A DNA stretch of 64,000 nucleotides, from assembly GCF_000143415.4 (NCBI RefSeq), contig NW_003314341.1:646394-710393 (forward strand), given 5' to 3'. This document shows, one piece after another, positions 23,342 through 36,030 of this stretch (position 1 is the stretch's first letter; the number at the start of each line of letters is the position of its first letter). Under the pieces are notes generated by a model. That model did no database searches, was not told the origin of the DNA, and saw nothing but the letters and a program-made list of their open reading frames with translations. Position numbers and translations under genes: made by a program. Origin of the DNA: Selaginella moellendorffii (Eukaryota; Plantae; Lycopodiophyta).

Positions 23342-25074
23342 TGGCATGGCGTGATGGCGTGAGGCGTGACACCAAAAAGGAGGTGTCCACTAGCGCTTAG
23401 GCTTATAATGGCGTGTGCCCTCATGCCATTTACTTGATCACCAAATACCTTTTTCCCTTTGCACTAGTATATCTTAATACCGGTCTGAGAAATAGAATGG
23501 CATGTGCCCTCAGGCCTTTTACTAAATCACCTTTGAAAGAAATGCAAGCCTCTATGTCGTAAAAAAAAGGTACTAGAGAAATTCCTTAATAATATGAATG
23601 TTATTTAGTTTCATGAAAATACACTAAGGGTCAAATGAGTTAAATGACTTCTCCAGACTAGCAATGCCTCTTGCTACACCTTCACAATTAGATTCATTAG
23701 AAAAAGATAACATTGAATAATATCTAAATGTTCTCATCATTAAGTTATACGTCTGGCTAATAGGAATGACGTTCATCTTGGAAAGCTCACCACACGCTCA
23801 ATGAACAAACAAATAATGTGGGCGCGCATGCCATCGCTCTTCTTTAGCTTCAGATTCGGCTTGTTCACCTTGACAATGAGATTTATTATATAACCAGATG
23901 GACTCAGTTTGGACACAAAGTCACCGCGCTAGTCACCATGCCCCAAATATGTCTAGCCCCTGGACAAAAAACATATAATTTCACGTCATTTTCAAATACT
24001 TGAAAATTTGTACCTAATCCCATTTTACTAAATAAATCCCACTTTAACAAAATAGAGCTTAGCTGTAGAGACAGTGGATGAAATCCTTGAGACTAGTGGA
24101 TCATTGCCTTGAATGATATATATACCTAGAAAATGTGATGCTACTAGGATGTTGCGCGCACACACTCCTCGTGGGAGGAATTTGAAAGCCGATGAGCCAC
24201 CACATTACAACCGATGAATCACATTTTTGGTCAAACATTCCAATATTCTGAATTGCAAATTGCTATGGAAGCAAGCACCACTGTACGATGTGCTCTTCGA
24301 AAACTTTTGAGAAAGCTTGCTCTCAGCTGACTGAGTTTGAGCTAGGCTCTCACAAGATTGGACAATAGTGTGAAAGACAGATCATGGCCGTACTTTTGGC
24401 ACCCAAAACCATGTGTTTGAAGACACGCTTCACTAGCTAGTTGCACCAAGATCATCACCAATTTCATGGGGTGTGCTTCCCTGGTTTATTGGATCTCTGG
24501 TGCAACCCTGGAGTTTTTCTTGTGGGTGAGTAAACTTTCACGGTTTAGGAGCAATATATTATTGCTAGGAAAAGGCATCAAACTTGGAGCTCGACTCTCA
24601 CGCCCCGAGGATTTGAAAGAATTGAAACCTATGGACCTCCAGCTTTGACAATAGATGGAACCAGGGTGCCTGGATCAAATCAAACTCGAGCTCAAACAAG
24701 CCATCTTCCAGAACAATATCTTAAACGGATGTTGCTGGTTCTTGTTCCAGCATGCTTATACTTTGCTTCTAAGAAGTAGTGTTTGCATTGGCTGCTTGCT
24801 CAGATTGAGATGCAGAGTCCATCCAACCCAGTTTGTTTGCCATAGCCTCTGGGTTTTTAAATAAAACGTGTCCCAGAACATGAGCAAGTGAGAGTTTCAT
24901 TCCATTGAGAAGAGAATGGTTTCTTTCTTGAGCTTGACAGCAGCAAGGAGCTGAGTGCCATGCCCAGAATTTGCACCACAAAACAAGGAATTCTTGTGCT
25001 GCTGTTTATATTATGCATAATCATCTAGATTAATCTCATGTTTACAATTGCTTAAATTGTTTTAAATATCATTG

Positions 25075-28000
25075 TGTGAGTGCATGGAATATGGAAAGGT
25101 AATATAGAAAATATGCATATCAATCAACCCAAAAACCTTAGTTTATATATAGGAGTGAGTGGTCTAGATTAAAACCAATCCAATGGCTACAAAATCCCAC
25201 TACGTTAATATTAATATATAACATCATAGTTGTAGATTTGGGCCTCACATCATCCCCTCCTCTCGGAATAATAGAAGACTATTAGAGTTCTCTTGTAGAT
25301 GGGCTGGGATCTGGAGGAATGTCAAGAGGAGGCATTGATGGATTTATAGGTGGTATTAATTGTTCTTGATCCTTTTGTATGAAGTGTTTCAACCACTGCA
25401 CATGCACAATCTTTGGAGGATCTACCTATTAGATGTCATGCCAAACTTTATAAATTTGTAGTCCAACTTACCACAACACTCAATATGGTCCTTTTCACTA
25501 AGCAAAGAGCACTTTAAATAAACCACATACCGTAAGATAGGGAAAACAAACTAACACCAAGTCATCCACTTTGTACTCCGCATGTGGACGATGATGGGAA
25601 TTGTAGTGCCATTGTTATCCTACTTATACATGGCCTAAGTGTTCGGCAGACTTTGCTCAGATAAGTGGAAGAATGTTTGTCAAATATTAATCCCACAACC
25701 TAGCATCGGCAGCTCGTGGCAATTGCAAAGGTAAACCCAACTCTATTGGTAATATTGAATCATGACCATATAGGAGTTTATATGGTGAAACACCACCAGA
25801 ACTCTGAACCCTTATGACATATGCATATCGAAGAGACAGCAAATAATCATCCCAATCCGAATGCTGAAAGTTCATATACTTTGCAATCATCCCTTTGAAC
25901 GTCCAAACAAATTGTTCCACTAAACCATATGATTGTGGATGAGAAGCACTTGTGAAAGTGTAGCGTATCCCCAATCGAGACGTCAAAACATGAAATGCCT
26001 CAGCCATAAATGCAAGACCATTATCTAAAAGAATCTGCACTAGACAAGAATGCTGGAACATCACTCGATTTGAGGAGGAAGTATCCAACAACAATTGCAG
26101 AAGCACTAGCAAGAGCACGAACTTCCACCTAATGAGTCAAATAATCAGAAGCAATAAGAACATACTCATTGCCAATAATCGATCGTGAAAAAGGTCCCAT
26201 AGGATCAAACGCCACCAACTCAAATGGATGAGAAACTGCAATTGACTCCAACCATCCTTCCGTGGCACGAGGGGGAGTATTATGAGCTTGGTACCAAATG
26301 CAGCTATGCACAGACTGAATAACATCACATCATATCTTTGGCTAATAGAAAGACTTGCGTAGCTTCTCAGTCACATGACGATGTCCCATATGCCTGCCTA
26401 GAAGAAGAGAATCATAGCAGGCATGGAGAAACCGTGAAATAAAGACGGAAGGCACCACTAGTTGTAAAGGATCATTAGGATCCATCCCCACAAAATAAAG
26501 AAGGCCATCTTTAAAGCGATATTAAGAATGTAAATGCCGGAATGGCAAGTTATCAAAAAGTGATGCAGGATTCTCAAACCCATCTTAAAGCCTTCGAATC
26601 CATAGCTCAATCTTTTGAGCCTCATAAACCTTCTCAAGAGAAGGTAGATCTTGCTCTACATCTTGTAGACACTGAACATTAAGTATAACAACTGCTGACG
26701 ACACAAAATCCTCATTTAGAAAATCCACAGACACTAGAAAAAAAGGCTCGTCAGAAACATGAGAAGAGAGTGGAGAAGGAATAGGAGCTCAAGAAAGGGC
26801 ATTAGCATCAGCCATAGAACTCCCAAGGCGATGAACAACATCAAAATCATATATCTAAAGCATCAAAGCCCACCGAACAGTACAACCAACCAAATTCTTT
26901 CACTTCAATAATGAAGTCATGGTAGCATGATCACCTTCAAGTAATGTTTGAGAACCATGTAGATATGCATAGAGTTTTTCGAAACCCCAAACTGCTACTA
27001 AACATTCTTTCTCTGTCGTGGAGTAGTTCACCTCCACTGGTTGTAACATACAGATTATATATGCAATGGGATGGTGCTGACTAGGCACACTCGAGCTTTC
27101 TTGCATCAATACATCTCCAGGACCGATATCAGAAGCATCCACACGCAAAATAAAAGGTCAAGTGTAATCAGGATATGCTAAAACCAGAGGAGTCTTCAAC
27201 AACTCTTTGAGATCCACAAATGCCCGCTCACAATCCAGAGACCAAATAAATGATGACGTTGATAACTTCAGCAACATTTGCAACAGTGTAGTGTGATTAG
27301 AAAGATAATGCACAAAATGACCGAGATACTGCACCTTGCCCAGGAAGCATTGCATATTATTCACACACTTCAGAGTAGGGAACTTTAGAATAGCCACAAG
27401 TTTGTCAAGATTAACTTGCAAACCCTCACAAGAAATACGGTCCCCAAGATAAGTCGTGTCCTTGGACCCAAATACACACTTCGACCGCTTCAGCTTTAAA
27501 CCAACGTCCTGTAGCCAATTTAACAATTTACAAACATCACAAATATGCTCCTCTCATGTCCCCTCCAAGTGAATCAAAACATCGTCAATGAAGTCAGCAG
27601 TCACCTCTGGCATATTGCAAAGAACCTCATCCATCATCCATTGGAAAGTTGTTGGAGCATTTTTCAAACCAAAAGGCATAATGAAGAACTTGTACAAACC
27701 AAATGGGGTACGAAAAGCAATCTTAGGAATATCTTCTTCGGCCATCGGTACTTACCAGTACCCAGAAGTAAAATCTAGCTTGGTGAACCAACAACTTTCC
27801 CCTAGACAATCCAAAAGATCAGTAGTGTGAGAAAGAGGGTACACATCCGGGATCGTCACTTCGTTTAACAGACGATAGTCGATGTAGAAACGAATACTCC
27901 CATCATGCTTCGTCATAAGATGAGGTGCACATGCCTAAGGACTCCTATGACTTTCGAATAACACCCTTCTCCAATATCTCCTTGATATTTGCATATAAAA

Positions 28001-29840
28001 TCTTGATCTCTTTGGGTGACTGATGACGAACAGAAACCTTGATTGGATGCGCATCCCCAGTTGGAATAGGATGACGTGTGGCAATTTTGACCCCAGATGA
28101 TAGGTCAAATTCAAAGAAATCAAAATACTCCTTCATGAGCCAGTCAACCGCTGCAACACAAAGATTGTTGGAGGGATCGGAAAAGGGAAGAGCAAAATAA
28201 GATGGAAACATTGGAGGAAAGAGTGGGGGGACAAAAGTAATGGAAGCAGAGGTAGAAGTAAAGAGATGAAAAGGTATGAAAGTGAAAGGAATGGATAAAA
28301 TATAAGGAAGTATGAGACAAAGGGAAGAAGCCTCAAAGTCACATTTGGCATGATTGCACTACAACTAATCCATACCAAGGATGAGGTAAAAAACTTGACT
28401 CGGCACCACCTATAATGATTGCAACCCAAGCTCGAAATCGCCCACACATACAACTAGGTCCGCCTCATCCCGTTCACATGTATGTGTATAGCCGTTGCCA
28501 TAAAGAATGAAAACTAGCTCCACCACACAATGCAAGTGTAGACGGCAACGTGTGACAACAGGTCAAGCAATAGAAGATAAACTTAAACCTATATCAAGCA
28601 ACATGGAGAGAATAGTAGGAGATTGCTTGTTATAAAAACGAGCTTGGAAAGTAAAAATTGGATGAACTGATACCGAGTGAACCCCTTGATGATACTCCCG
28701 AAAGAAAGATAGAGGGGTCATTGACTTATTCATGCAAGGTCCCTCTGTTACTTGTGTGACTCCTCGTTTCCCAGATGCATTTCAATGTCTAAACCTACTG
28801 CAACAGCACCAACAAGACATTGTTGATGCAAAGGTCTCCACCCAAGAAATGGTGGCTACCAATCTGGAAAATGCTAACAATGCCGATAAGTGTGACTAAC
28901 TTCATCACACACCTAGCAACAAACATCATGGCCACGACCATGGCCTTGCCCTTGTCTTTGAACTTGAGCAGCAGCAGTATCAACCTCCATTGGAATAGGA
29001 CTATCACCTATATAAGTGGAGCTAAAGGACATGCAGCAAGAAGTGGAAGAGGCTATGTCTTATAACGTTGTGCCAAGCGAAGAGCATCATTAAAGGTGGT
29101 AGGAGTAAGTGCATGCACAAGTTTGACAAGATCTTGACAAAGTGCTGGCCACAACATTTCTAGCTTGATCTGCTCTAACATATTTAGCTCCGCACGAAGC
29201 AAAAGACTTTAGAAACAAACGCCAAATTGCATCACTGACTCAAATAGCCTTTGGCAAAGATAGTGCAATTGTTAGAAGGCATTATTATAATCGTTAGCAT
29301 GTCTAAATATGCATTTTAAGACGTCTGGCAGAACACTCCAATACCCACGAATGGCTGCACTCAAACCATTGTACCACTGTAATGCTGTCCTTTGGAGACA
29401 CGTGGGAAACTCATGGAAACGTCGAGCATCATCCCAAGAATGATATGTGGCAATCACTGTGAAGTGATCGAACTAATGGTACACATCATCCCTAGGATTC
29501 CCGTGAAAGAACTCCGGCCGAACACGAGGATTAGCACCAAGTGTAGGAGGAGTTGTACCACATGCCATGAATGGTGACATCAACTTAGTTTAGTTGTTCA
29601 ATTGCAAGCATATAGCATCAAGCAATTGTACCAACTACTACTCCAAAGTCAAAGAAGGAGATTGCTGATTTGCCATAAATATGAATGAAAAGGAAAGAGC
29701 AAAATAAGAGAAATAACAAAAAGCTAGAAGGAAAGGGAGATCTAAACAATACAAAAAGTTAGATTTAAACCAAAATCCTAAAAGAAAATAACAAAAGAAA
29801 GGAAATGGAAAATGCTAGATCTAAATGATACAAAAGTTAA
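25075..29840 (-). mobile_element. Body and 3' LTR (25075-25249) of degenerate gypsy copy A' (gag-pol pseudogene, PPT at ~25250-25266)
   Basis: Colinear with copy A throughout; many stops and C>T/G>A changes. Confidence 0.95.
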
Positions 29841-30204
29841 TGTAAGCGACTAATTTTTCCATTCTACTTTAGTCACTTAACCACATTTCCAACCACTTGG
29901 AGGAGTCTCACTCACAACCTCCATAAGTCTTATTTAGACTTGGGTTGCTAGCCCTAAGAATGGCATCCCCGCCACTCATGGTCCAAGTGCTCCACATGTC
30001 CAATCCCATGACCGACACCCAAGGTACCACCAACATACCAACCCGTTACGCTAGGCCATGACCATTCACCTTGGTCTCATCAGTGGTCTAACACCACCTG
30101 CATTGCAACCCCGTCTCTTCAAGACTGGGCCTTTCGTCCATGAGTGGTCATCCCAAATCCACTCCTTAGCATCCTTAGGATGCCTGTAGACATGGGGAAT
30201 AACC
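29841..30204 (-). mobile_element. Remaining ~360 bp of the split family-B LTR
   Basis: Reverse complement matches ~42025-42397 of the solo LTR; terminus TGTAAG. Confidence 0.88.
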
Positions 30205-32343
30205 TTTGCAAGTTGATCCTGACAAACTTGTGGCTGTTCTAAAGTTCCCTACTCCGAAGTGTGTGAATGATGTGCAGCGCTTTTTGGGTAAGGTGCAGTA
30301 TCTCGGTCGTTTTGTGGATCATCTTTCCGATCGCACTATACCATTGCGAGCGTTGCTGAAGTCATCAATGTCATCTTTCATCTGGTCTCCCGATTGTGAG
30401 CGGGCGTTCGTGAATCTCAAAGAGCTATTGACGACTCCTCCGGTTTTGGCATATCCTGACTACACTCGACCTTTTATTTTGCGCGTGGATGCTTATGACA
30501 TTGGTCTTGGAGGTGTGTTGATGCAAGAGAGCTCGAGTGTGCCTGGTCAGCGCCATCCCATTGCATACATAAGCCGTACATTACAACCAGCGGAGATGAA
30601 CTACTCCACGACGGAGAAGGAGTGTTTAGCAGCGGTCTGGGGTTTCGAGAAACTTCATGCCTATCTACATGGTTCTCGGACGTTACTTGAAGGTAACCAT
30701 GCTGCTGTTACTTCATTATTGAAGCGGAAGAACCTGGTTGGTCGTACGGCTCGATGGGCTTTGAAGCTTCAGATATATGATTTCGATGTTGTTCATCGCC
30801 CAGGGAGTTCTATGGCTGATGCTGATGCCCTCTCTCGAGCTCCTCTTTCTTCTCCACTCACTTCTCATGTTTCTGACGAACCTGTTGTTCTAGCATCTGT
30901 GGATTTTCTAGATGAGGATTCTATGCCGTCGGCGGTTGCTATCCTTGACGTTCAGTGTCCACAGGGCGTAGAGCAAGATCTACCTTCTCTGGATGAGGTT
31001 CGCGAGGCTCAAAAGATTGAGCCGTGGATTCGAAGGCTTCGAGATGGGTTTGAGAATCCTGCATCACTTGCTGATGACTTGCCTTTTCGGCATTTACATT
31101 CTCAATATCGCCTTGAAGATGGCCTTCTTTATTTTGTGGGGATGGATCCTAATGCTCATTTACGGCTGGTGGTTCCTTCAGTGTTTATTCTGCAGTTTCT
31201 CCATGCCTACCATGATTCTCCTATTCTAGGTGGGCATATGGGACACCGTCGTGTCATCGAGAAACTGCGCAGATCTTTCTATTGGCCAAAGATGCGACGT
31301 GATATTATCCAGTATGTGCGTAGCTGCGTTTGGTGCCAAGCTCGTAATACTCCCCCTTGTGCTGCGGAAGGACGGTTGGAGTCAATTGCAGTTTCTCGTC
31401 CGTTTGAGTTGGTGGCGTTTGATCTTATGGGACCTTTTCTGCGATCGACTGCTGGCAATGAGTATGTTATTATTGCTTCTGACTACTTGACTCGTTAGGT
31501 GGAAGTTGGTGCTTTTGCTAGTGCCTCTGCAACTGCTGTTGGATACTTCCTCCTCAATCAAGTGGTGTTCCAGCATTCTTGTCCAGAACGGATTCTTTCG
31601 GATAATGGTCCTGCATTTATGGCTGAGGTATTTCATGTTTTGACATCTCGGTTGGGGATACGCCACACTTTTACGAGTGCTTATCATCCACAATCAGACG
31701 GTCTGGTGGAACGGCTTGTTCGGACATTCAAAGGGATGATTGCGAAGTATGTGAACTTTCAACATTCGGATTGGGATGGTTATTTGCCGTCTCTTCGGTA
31801 TGCTTATGTCACAGGGGTGTAGAGTTCTGTTGGTGCTTCACCATATAAACTTCTATATGGTCATGATCCAATATTACCAATAGAGTGGGTTTACCTTCGC
31901 GATTGCCACGAGCTCCTGATGCTAGGTCATGGGATCAATATTTGACAAGCATTCTTCCACTTGTCCAAGCAGAGTCTACTGAACACTTAGGCCGCATACA
32001 AGTGGGACAACAACGGCGCTACAATTCCCATCATCGTTCACCAGCGGAGTACAAAGTGGATGATTTGGTGTTAGTCCGTTTTCCCCATCTTATGGTACGT
32101 GGTTTATCTAAGGGGCTCCTTGTGCAGTGGAAAGGACCGTATCGGGTGTTGCGGCAAGTTGGACCACAAGTTTATAAGGTTCGGCATGATGTTCAGCAAG
32201 CTGATCCTCCGGAGATTGTGCATGTGTAGTGGTTAAAACGCTTCATACAAAGGGATCAGGAGCAGTTAATACCGTTTACAGATCCACCGATGCCTCCTCC
32301 TGACGTTCCTCCAGATCCCGGCCCATCTACAAGAGAACCCTGA
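30205..32343 (+). pseudogene. pol: Gypsy A pol, 3' part (RT thumb, RNase H, integrase), few lesions
   Basis: LRVDAYDIGLGGVL, YSTTEKECLA, HHCC (YHD..GGHMG..CVWC), AFDLMGP, SDNGPAF, GLVER, WKGPY; stops at 31496, 31820 and 32227; no chromodomain seen. Confidence 0.93.
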
Positions 32344-32358
32344 CGGCCTTCCATTATT

Positions 32359-32549
32359 CCGAGAGGAGGGGATGATGTGAGGGCCAAGTGTACGGCTACG
32401 ATGCCGTATACTAATATTAGCGTAGTGGATTTTGGTAGCCGTCGGATTGGTTTCAATCCGGACCACTCGCTCCTGTATATAAGCTAGGGTTTTTGGGCTA
32501 ATTGATATGCACATTTCTGTATTCCCTTTCCATATTCCATGCACTCACA
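32359..32549 (+). mobile_element. PPT (GAGAGGAGGGGA) and 3' LTR (32376-32549) of gypsy A
   Basis: Polypurine tract, then TGTGAG...CTCACA, followed by AACA TSD. Confidence 0.95.
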
Positions 32550-34325
32550 AACATATTTATAATTAATCTTATTGCATATCAAATAAACTAGAATATACTA
32601 GAAACTGTTTAAGAAATTTTATAAATTATAAAATATAAAATTAATCTAAATAAATAACAACCATACAATATATCTTAAAATATTTAAACATATTCTAGGT
32701 AAAGATCTCCTATCCAGGTCGTAGAGGCTTTGACTCCAACTTGATGAGAGGGATGATCACAGCTCGTCGCAAAGGCAGTGTCTCTGCAGGTTGCTGGTTC
32801 TCTACTGCAACACTGGCGAGGCGGGAAATCATCACTCCCTGCTCTGCTACAGTCTTGATCCGGAGCAAGCAGACTTATGATCATGATGGCAGCAGGTTAA
32901 ACAAGCAGTTTTATTTTTTCTTGAGTGACTGGCCATGGTGGAGTTACCTAATCTCTGCAGGCAATTATCTTTGGAGGAGAAGCCCAGACTTGGATGCTGG
33001 AAATGGTGTCAGCTACTTTCTTTCTCACAATGTTCATGTGTGAACAAGATGAGCTCCATGCCTGTTTTTGTCAGCTCCAAGCATTGTGTCTCTTGTGCTT
33101 GGGGCTGGGGTTTTATCATTAGCTTCACCCTTTTGTCTTTTATTTCTGCTAATGTTCACTGCGCAGACATTGGAAAATTCATGGAGCCCTTTGCTAAGCC
33201 TTGGTCTCATAAACCTTCCACTTAAAAGCTGGAGTAAGAAGAAGATCCATTTTTGTCCTCTCATTAACTTTTTCCTTTTCCACATACAAACCAAGATGAA
33301 AGCTAGTGATCGTTTCCACAGGATTTTCTGCAAACTTGGCTACGTTGACGCAGCTCTTCTCGAGCTCGTGGCTGCACAGGCACCGCAGAGGAAATCGCAA
33401 GAGGCTCGAGCAGCACTCGTTCAATACGCCGCTCCTCAAGCTCCCAAAAACTTCCCGCTGGTTTTGGGACGAAAGCGAGCACAGCCACGGCCGAGACACT
33501 CTTACCATCACACCTTGTGGAGCGATCATGACGGGCACATAGCTTAGCAGCGCCAGCCCACCTTCGTCCTCATCATCATCATTTCTCTTGGAGTTGGAGC
33601 ACTCATATTTTTCCTTCCTTCTCTAGAGACACTTGGCACGCACTCTTTAAGCACTCGCATGGAGCGCACAGTGTTACACATGTCCCAGAAGAACCATTAC
33701 TTCATTCTATAGAGATAAGGTTCTCCCATCGTTTCTCTTTTCTTCTTGTGCCTTTTGGAGATGAAGCGTGTTCTCTCTTCTTCTCTTCACAAGCTTGGCA
33801 TCTCCTCGCGGACGCACAAGGGAAGGATTGCAACAAGGCCGACGGTGCTACAATGGCTTACTTGGTCCGCTAGAGCCATTACCACGCGTGATCGGTTTGA
33901 TCACCGATCTGTGGCCTGCGTTCCAGTCTGTTGGCCGCCTCCTCCAGAGCTGCTGTGTGGTGGTGAGTGCTGCTTGTGTTCTCCTAGTGTCTCTTCCAGC
34001 AATCGCTGTGTGGATGTGAAGCGCTGGGTAAATCTGTGTGGGAAGTGTTAGTTAGCTCGGAGCTATGGTGTGGCTCCATCGCAAAAACAAGCACAAAAAC
34101 AAACTTGTATGAAACAGTGGATGAGACAAATGGGCTCGTAGATCAAACAAAGGTGGATCGCTTTGCTCAAGGGGAGACTCGTTTGCCGGAGGAATAACGC
34201 GGTCTTGTTAGAAGATTGCCCGGGTATAAAAGCTCGAAGAATTCCATGCGTTGGAGTATCAGTAGCTCAAAGAGCAAGTTTTCTTTCCTAGTCTCGAGTG
34301 AGCATATAACTCTTTTATGGTGCCA

Positions 34326-35400
34326 ATGTCTTCGCTAGTGATCTTCTTCTTGCCAGCTATTGTCGTGGTAGGAGTTTTGGGTAGAATGCATAATACAGCA
34401 CCACCACCACCACCACCACCCCCCACCCCCCTATTTAGAGTGGGCCCCATTTGCTTATTTGGATTTGCATGCCACCTCATTATTATAAATTAAAGAGATA
34501 AATCTTCGAGATGCCCGAGTGGGACTGCTGCTTGTGGAACAGCCTCCTAGGTGCAATTGTGGAGTTTAACGATGCAATCGTGATGTTTAAGAGAATCCCT
34601 TTCAAATACATAGTTTAATAACCTAATGATCGCGGCAATGGGTTCTCTTAAACATTTAGGGTGCAGACTAAACACGCCACGGAGGACGCGAGGAGTGAGC
34701 TTGGCACAGGGGCAACCACGTAAGAGTGAGGCATGCTGCACGTGAGGAGTGAGCGTGGCAAAGGGGCAACCACGTAAGAGTGAGGGGTGCTGTATTATGC
34801 ATTTCTTCCGGAGTTTTTGCTGCAGACCCGGAGCTGGTCTCGGATTACGATGCTGATTCCTCATCCACCAACACGAGCTTCTTCACTTTCACTGGCTTTC
34901 GCAGCGAACCCAACCCTCCAGCAGGAGCTTTCATGGTGCAGAAGGCATCGCTCGCGGAATTTGTAGCTCTGGGTGGTCTTGGCGTCTCCATGGCCAGGCT
35001 CATCTTTCAGTCAAGCTCAGTCAATCCCCCCCACATCCATCCCCGGGCCTCGGAGCTCCTCTTGGTTTTAGAGGGCTCTCTCACTGTTGGCCTGGTGGAC
35101 ACCACCAACAAGCTCTTCGTCCAGAAGCTCGAGACAGGCGATGCATTCGTGTTTCCGAAGGGTCTCGTCCACTTCCAATTCAACGATGGACAGTATGCAA
35201 CGAAGGCCATCTCGGCGTTTGGGAGCTCCAATGCTGGCACTGTTTCCATCCCTGCCACCATCTTTGCATCAGGCATCGACGATCAAGTTTTAAGCAAGGC
35301 CTTCAAGGTGAACACAGAGACCATCAAGACACTCAAGAATGCCCTCACAGGAAAGAGAACTGCAAAGAAAAGTGTGAGGAAAACTGGGAAGAAGTACTGA
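34326..35400 (+). CDS. Germin-like protein (cupin), signal peptide interrupted by a MITE
   Basis: Removing the MITE plus one TSD gives MSSLVIFFLPAIVVVGVFAADPELVSDY; NPPHIHPRASE and GDAFVFPKGLVHFQFN intact; TATA-like sequence ~34304. Confidence 0.88.
34379..34809. mobile_element. 431-bp MITE, 24-bp imperfect TIRs, 8-bp TSD GGAGTTTT
   Basis: AATGCATAATACAGCACC (34385-34402) inverted at 34786-34803; TSD at 34371-34378 and 34810-34817; internal ~53-bp tandem repeat 34690-34793. Confidence 0.9.
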
Positions 35401-35499
35401 TAGCTTGTGTCTCCTGATTTTCACGAGTTTCTAATACCAACAGTTAGCATTTAAGCATATTCGCCTTTGAAAATGAACGTCCTTGTCCACAAGAAGAGA

Positions 35500-36030
35500 T
35501 GCACTCGGGCATGTAGCTGAATGCCTCTTCGACACTCAAACCATGAGCGAGCATTGTGTATGTCCCGTTCTGGAATTTTCAGAAAGACCACCTTGGCCAA
35601 GGTAAGCATGGCGAGGAGAGTGTTCCAAGTGATGAGATTGAACAGTGGCATAAAATTGAACATCTCATGCACTCTCTCGGCGTCTGCCATCTTCATAAAC
35701 ACAACAAGCATTCCCTTGAAGAAAAGGGTTTTTGAGCTTGCTCCAGATAGCCTGACGGGGCATATGCAGTAAACATGAGTTCCAAGAGACTAGATTCCAC
35801 CGCGGCATCCTCTCAAAAGCTTCTTGAATGTACCCAATTGCGACAGGATGATGTACCACACCACCAGAGTTTTGTGAGGCAATTTCCCAAATATCTCGCC
35901 AACTGAGTGAGAGTAATGATCTCCAAAGAAAACAAGTCCCTATTGCTCATCCCATCAAAAGCCTCTGCAGCGCCGCCATACATCTCAATGAGCTTGTTCT
36001 TGAGAAAAAAATCCAGCTCCTGTTCTTTCC
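35500..36030 (-). pseudogene. PPR gene fragment
   Basis: AFERMPRWNLVSWN, MFNFMPLFNLITWNTLL, LIEMYG. Confidence 0.75.

Larger units (their letters stand above)
12207..24060. mobile_element. 11.85 kb TIR DNA transposon (Sola1-like DDD transposase + accessory gene)
   Basis: ~27-bp TIRs AAGCTCTCTTTCGTTAAAGTGGGAATT / AAATCCCACTTTAACAAAATAGAGCTT, flanked by AGCT at 12203-12206 and 24061-24064; internal transposase. Confidence 0.88.

Noticed and set aside
12593-23835. Palindromic repeats as a CRISPR array or bacterial REP system
   Set aside because: Irregular spacing (60 bp to over 2 kb), no cas or RAYT genes, intron-containing eukaryotic context
32690-34050. Short ORFs with hydrophobic stretches
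   Set aside because: No coherent gene model or family recognisable
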